Assembly: GCA_902626385.1 (NCBI GenBank)
Contig: CACOEZ010000001.1
Span: 79,756 to 143,755 of the forward strand
DNA: 64,000 nucleotides
From: an uncultured SAR86 cluster bacterium
Lineage (GTDB): Bacteria; Pseudomonadota; Gammaproteobacteria; Magnimaribacterales; D2472
Direction: 5' to 3'
Both the position numbers and the translations under genes were made by a program. The notes below the pieces were generated by a model. That model worked only from the letters and a program-made list of their open reading frames with translations. It did no database searches and was not told where the DNA came from. Positions 45,733 to 55,180 of this stretch are shown piece by piece (positions within the stretch are counted from its first letter, which is position 1; each line of letters begins with the position of its first letter).

Positions 45733-47553
45733 ATGAAAAAATTTTTAAGTATTTTATGCATATTTATAATTGTAACTTCTTGTGTTCCCGGTAGCGAACA
45801 ATCAGATAAATATAATGAATTAGATATTTTTTTAGAAAAGGTTGAAAAAGAAAACCTTCAATATGGTCCTGTAATATCATCAGCATCATGGATAAGTTCG
45901 AATTTTATTACATATGACTCACAGAAGGTAATTGCTGATTATGGGACAAGATACACTCTTGATGCATTGGATAAAGCAAGAAAAGCATCAACTTTTGACG
46001 GTTTAGATGTGTCTCAAGAGAAAAAAAGAATGCTTAATATACTTAAGACTTCCTTCGTTATGCCACCACCACTTGATGATAGTTTAGCTTCAGAACTCTC
46101 AGAAATAACTACGTCTCTTGAAGCTATGTATGGAAGCGGCGAATATTGTTTTGAAGATAATGATTGTTACGATCTAGAAGCATTTGAATCGATAATTGAT
46201 AAATCAAGAGATCCTGACGAATTATTAAAAGCTTGGAGTGGATGGCATGAAGTAGGAAAACCAATGAGACCAATGTATATGCGGATGGTTGAGATAGGAA
46301 ATCAGGGCTCAAAAGATTTAGGATTTAGTGATTTAAGCGATTTATGGTTTAGTAAATATGATATGCCGGCAGAAGAATTTCTTTCTGAAACAGACAGAGT
46401 ATGGGACGAAGTAAAACCTTTATATGATGCTCTCCATTGTCACGTTAGAGCCGAGCTTAATGAACATTATGGAGATGAGGTTGTCTCCAGTAGTGGATCA
46501 CTTCCTGTTCATCTTTTAGGTAACATGTGGGGCCAATCATGGTCGAATATCTATGATTTAGTTTATGAACAATCTAAAGAGACGAAAACGGTAGATATAA
46601 CAAAGGTTATAGACGATCTTAATTTATCAGAAGTAGAGATGGTTGAGTATGCGGAAGACTTTTTTATTTCGATAGGGTTTAAACCTTTACCAGAAACCTT
46701 CTGGGAAAGATCTTTGTTTGTAAAACCGTTAGATAGATCAGTAGTTTGTCATGCTTCAGCTTGGAATCTTGATCCAGCAAAAAATGACTTAAGAATCAAA
46801 ATGTGTATAGAAAAAAATGAAGAAGACTTTGTTACGATTCATCATGAACTAGGACATATATTTTATTATCAAGCATACAATCATTTGCCAACTTTGTTTC
46901 AAGGAGGTGCGAATGATGGATTTCATGAAGCATTTGGCGATTTGCTATCTTTGTCAATAACACCTGAATATCTTAAAAAAATTGATTTTATCACTGACGA
47001 AGAGGCCGAAATCGCTGAGCAAGACCCCATTGGATTACTTATGAAACAGGCTCTAGAGGGTGTGGTAGCAATTCCATGGACCTTGATGTTAGATAAATGG
47101 AGAGCCGGCGTATTCAATGGCCAAATTAAAGAAAGTGATCTTAACAAAACATGGTGGAGTATGAGAAAAGAATATCAAGGAATTGCGCCACCAAATGATA
47201 GGACGGAGGATTTTTTTGACCCTGGTGCTAAGTATCACATTCCAGGAAATACGCCATATACCAGATACTATCTAGCCAGGATTATGCAATACCAATTTCA
47301 TGAAGCTTTATGTAATCACATTGAATTTGATGGCTATCTGCATGAATGCTCAATCTATGGTGATAAAAGGGCCGGTGATAAGATAATTTCTACAATGGCT
47401 TTAGGAGAGAGTTTGCCATGGCAAGATGCATTTGAGAAAATTACTGGGGCTAGAGAATTAAGTGGAAAGTCAATATTAAATTATTATGCTCCTTTAAAAG
47501 AGTGGCTTGATATACAAAACATTAACAGAACTTGTGGGTGGGAGGAATCATGA
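45733..47553 (+). CDS. M2 family peptidyl-dipeptidase (angiotensin-converting-enzyme-like), predicted lipoprotein
   Basis: HHELGH zinc motif followed by HEAFGD about 24 residues later, as in ACE. Lipobox VTS-C. Confidence 0.85.
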   Translation: MKKFLSILCIFIIVTSCVPGSEQSDKYNELDIFLEKVEKENLQYGPVISSASWISSNFITYDSQKVIADYGTRYTLDALDKARKASTFDGLDVSQEKKRMLNILKTSFVMPPPLDDSLASELSEITTSLEAMYGSGEYCFEDNDCYDLEAFESIIDKSRDPDELLKAWSGWHEVGKPMRPMYMRMVEIGNQGSKDLGFSDLSDLWFSKYDMPAEEFLSETDRVWDEVKPLYDALHCHVRAELNEHYGDEVVSSSGSLPVHLLGNMWGQSWSNIYDLVYEQSKETKTVDITKVIDDLNLSEVEMVEYAEDFFISIGFKPLPETFWERSLFVKPLDRSVVCHASAWNLDPAKNDLRIKMCIEKNEEDFVTIHHELGHIFYYQAYNHLPTLFQGGANDGFHEAFGDLLSLSITPEYLKKIDFITDEEAEIAEQDPIGLLMKQALEGVVAIPWTLMLDKWRAGVFNGQIKESDLNKTWWSMRKEYQGIAPPNDRTEDFFDPGAKYHIPGNTPYTRYYLARIMQYQFHEALCNHIEFDGYLHECSIYGDKRAGDKIISTMALGESLPWQDAFEKITGARELSGKSILNYYAPLKEWLDIQNINRTCGWEES

Positions 47554-48395
47554 AATCAATTTTAAACATCATATTTGCGGGCGTAGCTTTTTTATTTTGT
47601 TTACTTATAGCTTTTTATACAAATAGTTCAATTGTTTTAAATGCTGTTTTGCTAGCTTTTTTTATTCAATGGGTTGCGTTTGTGCCGGCCTTCTTGTTTC
47701 AAACTGAAAAGTTTTACGACTTAACTGGCTCCATTACATACTTAACCGTTATGTGGTTCGTTTACATAACATCAAATCACATCAGCGGGCTAAATATTTC
47801 TAATTTAATTGTAGTTTTATTAATATCTATTTGGGCAATAAGGCTCGGGACATTTTTATTTAGAAGGATTCACAAAGATGGGGAAGATAAAAGATTCAGA
47901 ACAATTAAAACTTCAGCATCTCAATTTTTTATGACATGGACTCTTCAAGGTATGTGGGTATCCATATGCTCAATGTGTGCAATAACTGCAATTTCGAGTG
48001 AAACAGGATTAATTTCAAATCCTATATTTTTTATTGGTTTATCATTATTTATTATTGGTTTTTCGATAGAAGTCATTGCTGACCATCAAAAAACTGTATT
48101 TAGATCTAATGAAGATAATAGGGAAAAATTTATAACAACTGGCTTGTGGTCAAAATCTCAGCATCCTAATTATTTCGGGGAAATCTTGTTATGGTCCTCT
48201 ATAGCCTTAATGTCATTTTCTTCATTAAGTGGAACGCAATATCTTACTTTGATATCTCCAATTTTCACTTATGCTCTTCTTGTTCACTTGAGTGGAGTTA
48301 GAATGTTGGATGATATGGGAAATAAGAAGTGGGGACATTTAGAAGAATATAAGAATTATAAGAAAAATACACCGGTCCTATTCCCCAAATTATAA
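47550..48395 (+). CDS. DUF1295 / steroid-5-alpha-reductase-like membrane protein
   Basis: Multi-TM protein with the SQHPNYFGEILLW signature. ATG overlaps the upstream stop (ATGA). Confidence 0.7.
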   Translation: MKSILNIIFAGVAFLFCLLIAFYTNSSIVLNAVLLAFFIQWVAFVPAFLFQTEKFYDLTGSITYLTVMWFVYITSNHISGLNISNLIVVLLISIWAIRLGTFLFRRIHKDGEDKRFRTIKTSASQFFMTWTLQGMWVSICSMCAITAISSETGLISNPIFFIGLSLFIIGFSIEVIADHQKTVFRSNEDNREKFITTGLWSKSQHPNYFGEILLWSSIALMSFSSLSGTQYLTLISPIFTYALLVHLSGVRMLDDMGNKKWGHLEEYKNYKKNTPVLFPKL

Positions 48396-48481
48396 ATTTT
48401 AATAAATTGCCATAAATTAAGCCTCTATATTAAAATAACGTAAATTTAATTTGAAAAATAAAATTTTTTCGTGTACGCGAA

Positions 48482-48502
48482 ATTTTCTAAAATTTAGAAA
48501 AT
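48482..48502. promoter_or_regulatory. 21-bp perfect palindrome upstream of the TonB2-type cluster (candidate operator)
   Basis: ATTTTCTAAA-a-TTTAGAAAAT, 10+1+10 and perfectly symmetric. Lies 56 nt upstream of the first ATG of the cluster. Confidence 0.35.
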
Positions 48503-48557
48503 AATTTTATTTATTTGGCTTAGACTGTTAACATTATTAGACTTTAGGGAGTACATA

Positions 48558-49322
48558 ATGCTTATATTAATAAAGAAAATATCTTTACCCGTACTTTTTG
48601 CCCTCAGTATTTCTGTATCAGCTAATGAATTAGTTGAAGTAAACATGGAAAGTGTGCTTGAGGTAGGGAGAGAGAACCAACAGTTATCCGCTTCGTCTCA
48701 GGATAAAATTGATTCAACAGAGAGACAAACAGATAAGATAGTTAACGAATACAAGGTTGTTGCAAAGCAAGTTGAAGGCTTAAAGCTTTACAACGCTCAA
48801 AAAAGAATTCAAATTCAGGCTCAGCTAGATTTAATGGATAAATTAGACGAGCAGTTAGTTCAAGTAGTCGTTATGCAGAGACAAATACCGCCATTAGCTC
48901 AAAAGATGCTTGACACCCTTGAGACTTTCATCAAATTGGATACTCCCTTTAGATCTGAAGAAAGAAGAGGTCGTGTTGATCTGGTTAGATCTTCTTTGGC
49001 AAAACCTAAGGTTACTGCTTCAGAACAGGTAAGACAGGTTTTAGAGGCTTACAATATTGAAGCCGAATATGGAAGAAAGATAGATACATACGAAGATAAA
49101 CTAGATGATGGCACAGTTGTAAACATTCTGGTCATTGGAAGAATAGGCATGTTCTATCAAACTAAAGACGAGAGATCTAGCGGAAGGTGGGACAATGAAA
49201 CTGGTTCATGGGAAGAATTACCAGGAAGTTACAGAAAGCCTATTCGTGACGGAATAAGAATGGCAAAAAAATTAGCACCGACCGATATGCTCTTAATGCC
49301 AGTAGTTAAGGGAGAAGTATAA
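48558..49322 (+). CDS. DUF3450-like periplasmic coiled-coil protein (first gene of TonB2-type cluster)
   Basis: Signal peptide and coiled-coil middle. Position and size match the gene preceding ttpC/exbB in Vibrio-type TonB2 loci. Confidence 0.6.
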   Translation: MLILIKKISLPVLFALSISVSANELVEVNMESVLEVGRENQQLSASSQDKIDSTERQTDKIVNEYKVVAKQVEGLKLYNAQKRIQIQAQLDLMDKLDEQLVQVVVMQRQIPPLAQKMLDTLETFIKLDTPFRSEERRGRVDLVRSSLAKPKVTASEQVRQVLEAYNIEAEYGRKIDTYEDKLDDGTVVNILVIGRIGMFYQTKDERSSGRWDNETGSWEELPGSYRKPIRDGIRMAKKLAPTDMLLMPVVKGEV

Positions 49323-50710
49323 TGAAAAATTACATATTAAATTCGTTATTCGCATTTGTCTTAACTTTTAATATTTCTTTATATGCTCAAGATTCTGAAG
49401 AAGAAGCAGTTGAGGTAGCAACTGTGGAAGCTCTTCTAATGTTGGTAAAGGAAGGCAAAACTAAAGAACAAACTGAAAATGCTGCTAGAGAAGCCAAATT
49501 TATGGCTGAAAAGAATAATCAAGCTAATATTCTGGCTGCTGAAAAAAGAGAACTCGCAAGACAGGAAAAAATTGCTGATCAGCTCGAAGCAGAATATAAA
49601 AAGAATGAAGAAATTCTTAGAGTTAAGGAAGAGGCTTATCAGAAAGAGCTTGGATCATTAGTTGAATTATTTGGACATCTTCAAAGTTCTGCTGGGGAAG
49701 CAGCTGTTCAATTTTCAGGTTCACTTACAAGTGCTGAGTATGGACTTGAAAGGGTTGCCTTTTTAAATGATCTCACAGCAAAAATGTCTGAGACTACAGA
49801 ACTTCCTACTATTAGAGAGATTGAAGGTCTTTGGTACGAGCTTCAAAGAGAAATGGTTGCAAGTGGTCAAGTTGTTTCGTTCGATACAACAGTGGTTGAC
49901 CTTGATGGTGAATCAACTTCATGTAATGTAACTAGGGTAGGGCTATTTAATGCAGTTTGTGACGGAAAATATTTAGAATATGTTTCTTCTGGAGAATATG
50001 CATTTTTACCAAGACAGCCAGCTGGTAGATACACGAAAACCGCAAAAAATATAGGTAATGCAGAAGTTGGCGAACAAGTAAGATTTGGTGTAGATCCTAC
50101 TGGCCCCACTGGCGGTAGTTTATTAGCAAATCTTATTCAAACACCATCTCTTGCAGAAAGAGCTCAACAGGGTAGAGAGGTAGGTTACGCGATTATCACT
50201 GTTGGTTTAATTGGTATCGGTATTGCGTTTTGGAAGCTGTGGAGTCTGTTTGTTTTAGGCAAGGCTGTCAGAGCTCAAGCAGGATCAAAAACTCTTGATG
50301 TAAGAAATCCACTTGGTAGAGTCTTAAAAGTAGGAGAAGAAAACTTCAAGAAGGATATAGACACATTAGAATTGAAATTAGCTGAGGCTATAATGGCTGA
50401 AAGACCCTCAATTGAAAGAGGCATAGGCGCCGTTAGAATTATTTCAGTTGTTGCTCCATTAGCAGGTCTTCTCGGTACTGTTACAGGTATGATCGTTACA
50501 TTCCAAATGATTACTCTATACGGAACAGGCGATCCTAAACTAATGGCTGGAGGTATATCTCAAGCACTTGTTACTACTGTTCTAGGTCTGTTAGTAGCGA
50601 TACCTACTACACTTTTACATTCATTTACCGCTTCGTCGGCAAAAGGAATAATAAGTGTTTTAGAAGAGCAGAGTACTGGTATATTAGCCGAACGCGCTGA
50701 AACTAGTTAG
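49322..50710 (+). CDS. large MotA/TolQ/ExbB-family proton channel protein (TtpC-like)
   Basis: 462 aa: signal peptide, large periplasmic coiled-coil domain, then three TM segments with the APLAGLLGTVTGMIVTFQ channel motif. Confidence 0.75.
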   Translation: MKNYILNSLFAFVLTFNISLYAQDSEEEAVEVATVEALLMLVKEGKTKEQTENAAREAKFMAEKNNQANILAAEKRELARQEKIADQLEAEYKKNEEILRVKEEAYQKELGSLVELFGHLQSSAGEAAVQFSGSLTSAEYGLERVAFLNDLTAKMSETTELPTIREIEGLWYELQREMVASGQVVSFDTTVVDLDGESTSCNVTRVGLFNAVCDGKYLEYVSSGEYAFLPRQPAGRYTKTAKNIGNAEVGEQVRFGVDPTGPTGGSLLANLIQTPSLAERAQQGREVGYAIITVGLIGIGIAFWKLWSLFVLGKAVRAQAGSKTLDVRNPLGRVLKVGEENFKKDIDTLELKLAEAIMAERPSIERGIGAVRIISVVAPLAGLLGTVTGMIVTFQMITLYGTGDPKLMAGGISQALVTTVLGLLVAIPTTLLHSFTASSAKGIISVLEEQSTGILAERAETS

Positions 50711-50719
50711 TAAACAATT

Positions 50720-51250
50720 ATGTTTTTTGCTATTACAGAAGCTTTCTCATCCATAAGAGATTTTATGGAAGCTGGGGGAAGTGTTCTCTGGCTCATAGCA
50801 ATATTAGTTTTTTTTATGTGGGCTATGATTTTTGAAAGAATCTGGTATTTTTCGCATGGGCATGATTTTTATGTAAAGGATCTCGCAGGCGATTGGAATA
50901 ACAGAAAAGATAAGACTTCATGGCACGCATTGCAAATAAGAGAAAAAATGCTTTCACAAGCAAAAGTTGAAATTAATAAAAATTTGTCAATTATTCAGAC
51001 TTGTGTTGTTCTAGCACCTCTATTTGGTTTGCTTGGAACAGTTACTGGAATGATTGAAGTATTCCAAGTAATGGCTTTCAATGGTGGGGGTGATGCCAGA
51101 GCAATGGCTGGAGGTGTTTCTAAAGCAACACTACCAACTATGGCCGGCATGGTGGTTGCTCTGTCCGGAGTTTTTGCCAGTATTTATCTTAATAGTGCAT
51201 CAGAAAGACACACAAATGATTTACGTGAACTAATTAAGAGAGAATTATAG
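50720..51250 (+). CDS. exbB: MotA/TolQ/ExbB proton channel protein
   Basis: 176 aa, three TM segments, APLFGLLGTVTGMIEVFQ motif. Confidence 0.85.
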   Translation: MFFAITEAFSSIRDFMEAGGSVLWLIAILVFFMWAMIFERIWYFSHGHDFYVKDLAGDWNNRKDKTSWHALQIREKMLSQAKVEINKNLSIIQTCVVLAPLFGLLGTVTGMIEVFQVMAFNGGGDARAMAGGVSKATLPTMAGMVVALSGVFASIYLNSASERHTNDLRELIKREL

Positions 51251-51260
51251 GAGAAATTTT

Positions 51261-51671
51261 ATGAGAAGAAATGCAATAAGCAGTGCCGTTAAAGATGAAG
51301 AAAGTGAAATAAATTTAACTCCAATGCTTGATGTGGTATTCATCATGCTTATCTTCTTTATCGTAACTGCTAATTTTATAAAAGAGCCTGGCCTTGAAAT
51401 CAATAGACCTGATTCTGATACAGCAGAGACGCAAGAAAATGCAGCGATATTAATTGCTGTTGGCGCCAATGATGAAGTTTGGATGGATGGCAGAAGAATT
51501 GATGTCAGACAGGTTAAGGCAAACGTAGTTAAAATGTTAGCTGATAATCCGAAAGGCTCAGTTGTCATTCAAGCTGATGAACAAGCTGTAGCAGATACAA
51601 TTATTAAAGTAATGGATGGAGCAAGAGAGGCTGGAGTAAATGCAATTTCACTTGCGTCAGAGCCTAAATAG
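51261..51671 (+). CDS. exbD: biopolymer transport protein ExbD/TolR
   Basis: INLTPMLDVVFIMLIFFIV with the conserved Asp in its single TM. 136 aa. Confidence 0.85.
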   Translation: MRRNAISSAVKDEESEINLTPMLDVVFIMLIFFIVTANFIKEPGLEINRPDSDTAETQENAAILIAVGANDEVWMDGRRIDVRQVKANVVKMLADNPKGSVVIQADEQAVADTIIKVMDGAREAGVNAISLASEPK

Positions 51672-51674
51672 TTT

Positions 51675-52376
51675 ATGAATCAAGTTCTCGCATCTATCTC
51701 AGCAATTACAAAACCAATTCATACTATTTATGTAAAGGCTTTTGATGCAAATAAATATGCTGCTGGTATTGGCTTTTCAACAGTTATTACTGCTGCACTC
51801 TTTTTTATAATGGTTATTCTAATATCACTGGGCGATAGCGGTATGAAAGAAGATACTTCAGTAAAGCTTGCAGATATAGTCATGCCTGAAAGACAAATTG
51901 ACACATTCATGACAGAAGTGGAGAAACCAGATAAGCCAGATGAACAGCCTGAAGATATAGCTCAACCAGAGTTAGATTTAGCGCCATTAACTGGAATTGA
52001 TGTTTCGGTTGCTAAGCCCAAACCAAACTTTGCTGCAAGCGGGTCTTTTTTTAGAGATGGAGAATATATACCTTTGTTCAAAGTTATACCAATTTATCCG
52101 AGAAGGGCTCAAGAGAGAGGTACTATGGGTTATGCACTTGTTGAATTTACCATTACTGATTCCGGTAGCGTAGAAAATGCAACAACTATAGAGGGGTACT
52201 GTAGTAGCAAAAGACCAGATGACCCAGAAGCTGAGTTTAGACCATGTTCAATGTTTAATAGTGCTTCAGCAAGAGCAGCATTGAAGTTAAAATATAAACC
52301 CAAAGTTGTAGACGGGAAAGCAGTAGCCGTTACAGGAGTTTTACACAGATTTACTTATATACTCGATGATGCTTAA
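51675..52376 (+). CDS. tonB: energy transducer TonB
   Basis: N-terminal TM, Pro/Glu-rich spacer (KPDKPDEQPEDIAQPE). C-terminal YPRRAQERGTMGYALVEFTI...KYKPKVVDGKAV. Confidence 0.8.
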   Translation: MNQVLASISAITKPIHTIYVKAFDANKYAAGIGFSTVITAALFFIMVILISLGDSGMKEDTSVKLADIVMPERQIDTFMTEVEKPDKPDEQPEDIAQPELDLAPLTGIDVSVAKPKPNFAASGSFFRDGEYIPLFKVIPIYPRRAQERGTMGYALVEFTITDSGSVENATTIEGYCSSKRPDDPEAEFRPCSMFNSASARAALKLKYKPKVVDGKAVAVTGVLHRFTYILDDA

Positions 52377-53817
52377 GTTCAAAAAAAATTATCCACTATA
52401 TGCTTTTTTTGCTGTCGCTATATTTATGGGCATTAATTCATCTGATTTAAATGCTCAACAATCTTCAAATGCTTCAAATAATTCTGAAAGTAGCAACCTT
52501 GCTCCGACAAGAAAATATAAGAAAGCAAGAGCTTTACAGTCAAGCACTGCAAAAAAAATGGCAAAAGTTTATGAAGCACTAGAAATGGTTGATGAAAAAG
52601 GAGAGCCAGCGCCAGATATGGAGCTTGTTATCTCGGTTCTTACTGACCTTAGAAATAATAAAGATGAAATGAAAAGTTATGACAGGTCTGTAATGTGGAA
52701 TGCTTGGGCATACGTATATTTTAATGATGGTGACTATGGAAGAGCAATGTCAGCTTATCAAAATTTGATTAATGAAGAAGAGGTTACAATTGGTCTTAGA
52801 GTAGCCGCATTACTCTCACTTGGACAGCTATATTTAGTTCAAGAAGATTACAAAAGAGGTATTGAATATATCCTTCAATGGATGAGAGAAGTTGAAACGA
52901 TAACTGCTCAGTCTTGGTACCTTTTAGGTCAGGCATATTTCCAGACTGGCGAATTCAGAAAATCATTGGACTCAACCGAGAAAGCAATTGCTTTGGCAGA
53001 GCAAGAAGGGTATAAGCCAAGAGAAAATTGGTATGTTCTAATGGCAGCAAATATTGGTGAGCTTAAGAGTGAAATCGGAGAAAAAGAGTCACTTTTAAGA
53101 CAAATAGATATTTATGAAATTCTAGTAAATCTTTATCCTAAGAAAACATATTTTATTCAACTTGGCGGCTCATATGGACAGCTTGGTAGAGAAAGAGATT
53201 ATATGATCACTCTAAAAGCAGCATATGCTAAAGATTTTTTAGATAAAGAGTCAGAATATTTAGCTTTAGCCCAGCTTTTACTTTTAAATAAAAATCCTTA
53301 TTGGGCAGCTGAGGTTTTAATTTCAGGTCAAAACAAAATGATCACAATCGTTGATGAAAAAACTGAAGAAGAAAAAATTGTGCCAGTTGTAAAAGAAACG
53401 GAAAAAAATCTAAAACTATTAGCTGACTCATGGAGAATGGCACAAGAAATTGATAAAGCAATTCCAGTTTTAGAAAAATCTGCAAAAATGTCAAAAGATG
53501 GAGAGTCATACGTTTTATTGGGTAATTTGTATTTATCTGAAGATAAATTAGAGCAAGCAGTAAGTTCAATTAAAAAGGGTTTAGAAAAAGGTAAGATTAA
53601 AAATTTATCACAAGTTTATCTGACTCTTGGTCAAGCTTACTTTGAATTGCAACAGTTTGAAGAAGCCAAAAAGAACTTTAGAATTGCGGCAAGAGATAAA
53701 AAGAAGAACATTAAAACTCAGGCTAATAATTGGATTAAATATACTGAGAACGAAGAGATTCGTGTAAAAAATCTAGCGTTGAGAAGAGACTTTATTCAGA
53801 ATTCGAGCTCGACTTAA
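52366..53817 (+). CDS. TPR repeat protein (TtpD-like, last gene of TonB2-type cluster)
   Basis: Signal peptide plus multiple TPR-like helices (WNAWAYVYFNDGDYGRAMSAYQN, LGQAYFQTGEFRKSL, LGQAYFELQQFEEAKKNF). Confidence 0.65.
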   Translation: MMLKFKKNYPLYAFFAVAIFMGINSSDLNAQQSSNASNNSESSNLAPTRKYKKARALQSSTAKKMAKVYEALEMVDEKGEPAPDMELVISVLTDLRNNKDEMKSYDRSVMWNAWAYVYFNDGDYGRAMSAYQNLINEEEVTIGLRVAALLSLGQLYLVQEDYKRGIEYILQWMREVETITAQSWYLLGQAYFQTGEFRKSLDSTEKAIALAEQEGYKPRENWYVLMAANIGELKSEIGEKESLLRQIDIYEILVNLYPKKTYFIQLGGSYGQLGRERDYMITLKAAYAKDFLDKESEYLALAQLLLLNKNPYWAAEVLISGQNKMITIVDEKTEEEKIVPVVKETEKNLKLLADSWRMAQEIDKAIPVLEKSAKMSKDGESYVLLGNLYLSEDKLEQAVSSIKKGLEKGKIKNLSQVYLTLGQAYFELQQFEEAKKNFRIAARDKKKNIKTQANNWIKYTENEEIRVKNLALRRDFIQNSSST

Positions 53818-54317
53818 ATCCTTCTATATTCCTCAACAACAAAGTCATATTCATTATCCATATCTTTAGAGAAGTTTGTACTGCTTAATTTTTCCCAATT
53901 TGAGAAGTTAATTTTCGGATAAAAAATATCTCCATCTATATTGCAATCAACCTTTGTGAGAACCAGCTTATTAGTTACCTCAAGCGTGTCTCTAAAAAGA
54001 TACCCACCTCCTATAATAACTATCTCATCTTTACCATTAAGATTACATTGATCAATTGCGGTATCTATTGCATCTTGAGTATTTCTAAAAACTTTAGCAC
54101 CTTCAATTTTGCTGATAGTACCTGAAACAACATAATTAATTCTATTTGGGAGAGGTCGTCCAATTGATTCATAGGTTTTTCTACCCATTATTAATAATTT
54201 ATTAGTTGTATATTCCCGAAAATGTTTCAAATCTGTTTTAAGGTTCCATGGGAGATCATTGTCTTTGCCTATGACGTTATTGTTTGATAATGCAACTACA
54301 TGAGAGATAGTAATCAT
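53814..54317 (-). CDS. folA: dihydrofolate reductase
   Basis: VIGKDNDLPW, IMGRKTYESIG, VIIGGG motifs. Confidence 0.9.
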   Translation of the reverse strand: MITISHVVALSNNNVIGKDNDLPWNLKTDLKHFREYTTNKLLIMGRKTYESIGRPLPNRINYVVSGTISKIEGAKVFRNTQDAIDTAIDQCNLNGKDEIVIIGGGYLFRDTLEVTNKLVLTKVDCNIDGDIFYPKINFSNWEKLSSTNFSKDMDNEYDFVVEEYRRI

Positions 54318-55180
54318 TAGACTGCCATCCTTGCTTTTATTGGTGGATGTGGATCATAGTTTTCAAGGATAAAATCATCTACTTTAAACTTCTTTAGATC
54401 TTCAATAGAATTTAAGGTAGGTATTTTTAGAGTTGGTAGGGGCTTCGGTTCTCTAGATATTTGCTCTTTGACCTGATCAATAGAATTCAAATAAATATGC
54501 GCATCACCAAAAGAATGTATGAACCTTTTGGGTTTCAAATCAAGAATTTCTGCAAAAATTGAAAGTAAAAGAGCATAACTTGCTATATTAAAAGGGACGC
54601 CTAGAAACATATCAGCGCTTCTCTGATACATATGACAACTGATCATTCCATTTGATATATAAAATTGTGACATTACATGACATGGCGGCAATGCCATTTT
54701 ATTAAGCTCACTTACATTCCATGCAGACAGAATATGTCTTCTACTATCGGGATTATTTTTTAAACTATTTAAAAGTTCATTAATCTGATCAATACCACTC
54801 CAGTCTCTCCATTGAACTCCATAAACTGGACCTAAAATTTTTTCAGTTTCTGTATTTAAATATCCTAAATCTTTTCCTTGAGAATCAGCATTGTCTGTCC
54901 AAATGGTTGAAAAATTATTTAGATCAGTTAATTCTGACCGATTCTTATTAAATCTAATCTCAGCAAGCCTTCTCTCATCGTTTGACCCTTCAAGAAACCA
55001 TAATAATTCAGAAACAACGCCTTTCCATGCAAGTGATTTTGTTGTTACTGCAGGAAACCCATCTTGTAAATCAAATTCAATTTGGTGTCCAAACGAAGAA
55101 ATCGTTCCAGTATTTGTTCTATCTTCTTTTTTTTCGCCATTTTTTATAATGTATTCAAGAAGATCTAAGTATGCTTTCAT
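54317..55180 (-). CDS. thyA: thymidylate synthase
   Basis: Active-site LPPCH, DMFLGVPFNIASYALL, GDAHIY motifs. Confidence 0.95.
   Translation of the reverse strand: MKAYLDLLEYIIKNGEKKEDRTNTGTISSFGHQIEFDLQDGFPAVTTKSLAWKGVVSELLWFLEGSNDERRLAEIRFNKNRSELTDLNNFSTIWTDNADSQGKDLGYLNTETEKILGPVYGVQWRDWSGIDQINELLNSLKNNPDSRRHILSAWNVSELNKMALPPCHVMSQFYISNGMISCHMYQRSADMFLGVPFNIASYALLLSIFAEILDLKPKRFIHSFGDAHIYLNSIDQVKEQISREPKPLPTLKIPTLNSIEDLKKFKVDDFILENYDPHPPIKARMAV

Noticed and set aside
48396-48557. Looked for a Fur box upstream of the TonB2-type cluster.
   Set aside because: No segment matches GATAATGATAATCATTATC (or a 7-1-7 TGATAAT-n-ATTATCA core) better than expected for AT-rich DNA by eye. Only the unrelated 21-bp palindrome stands out.
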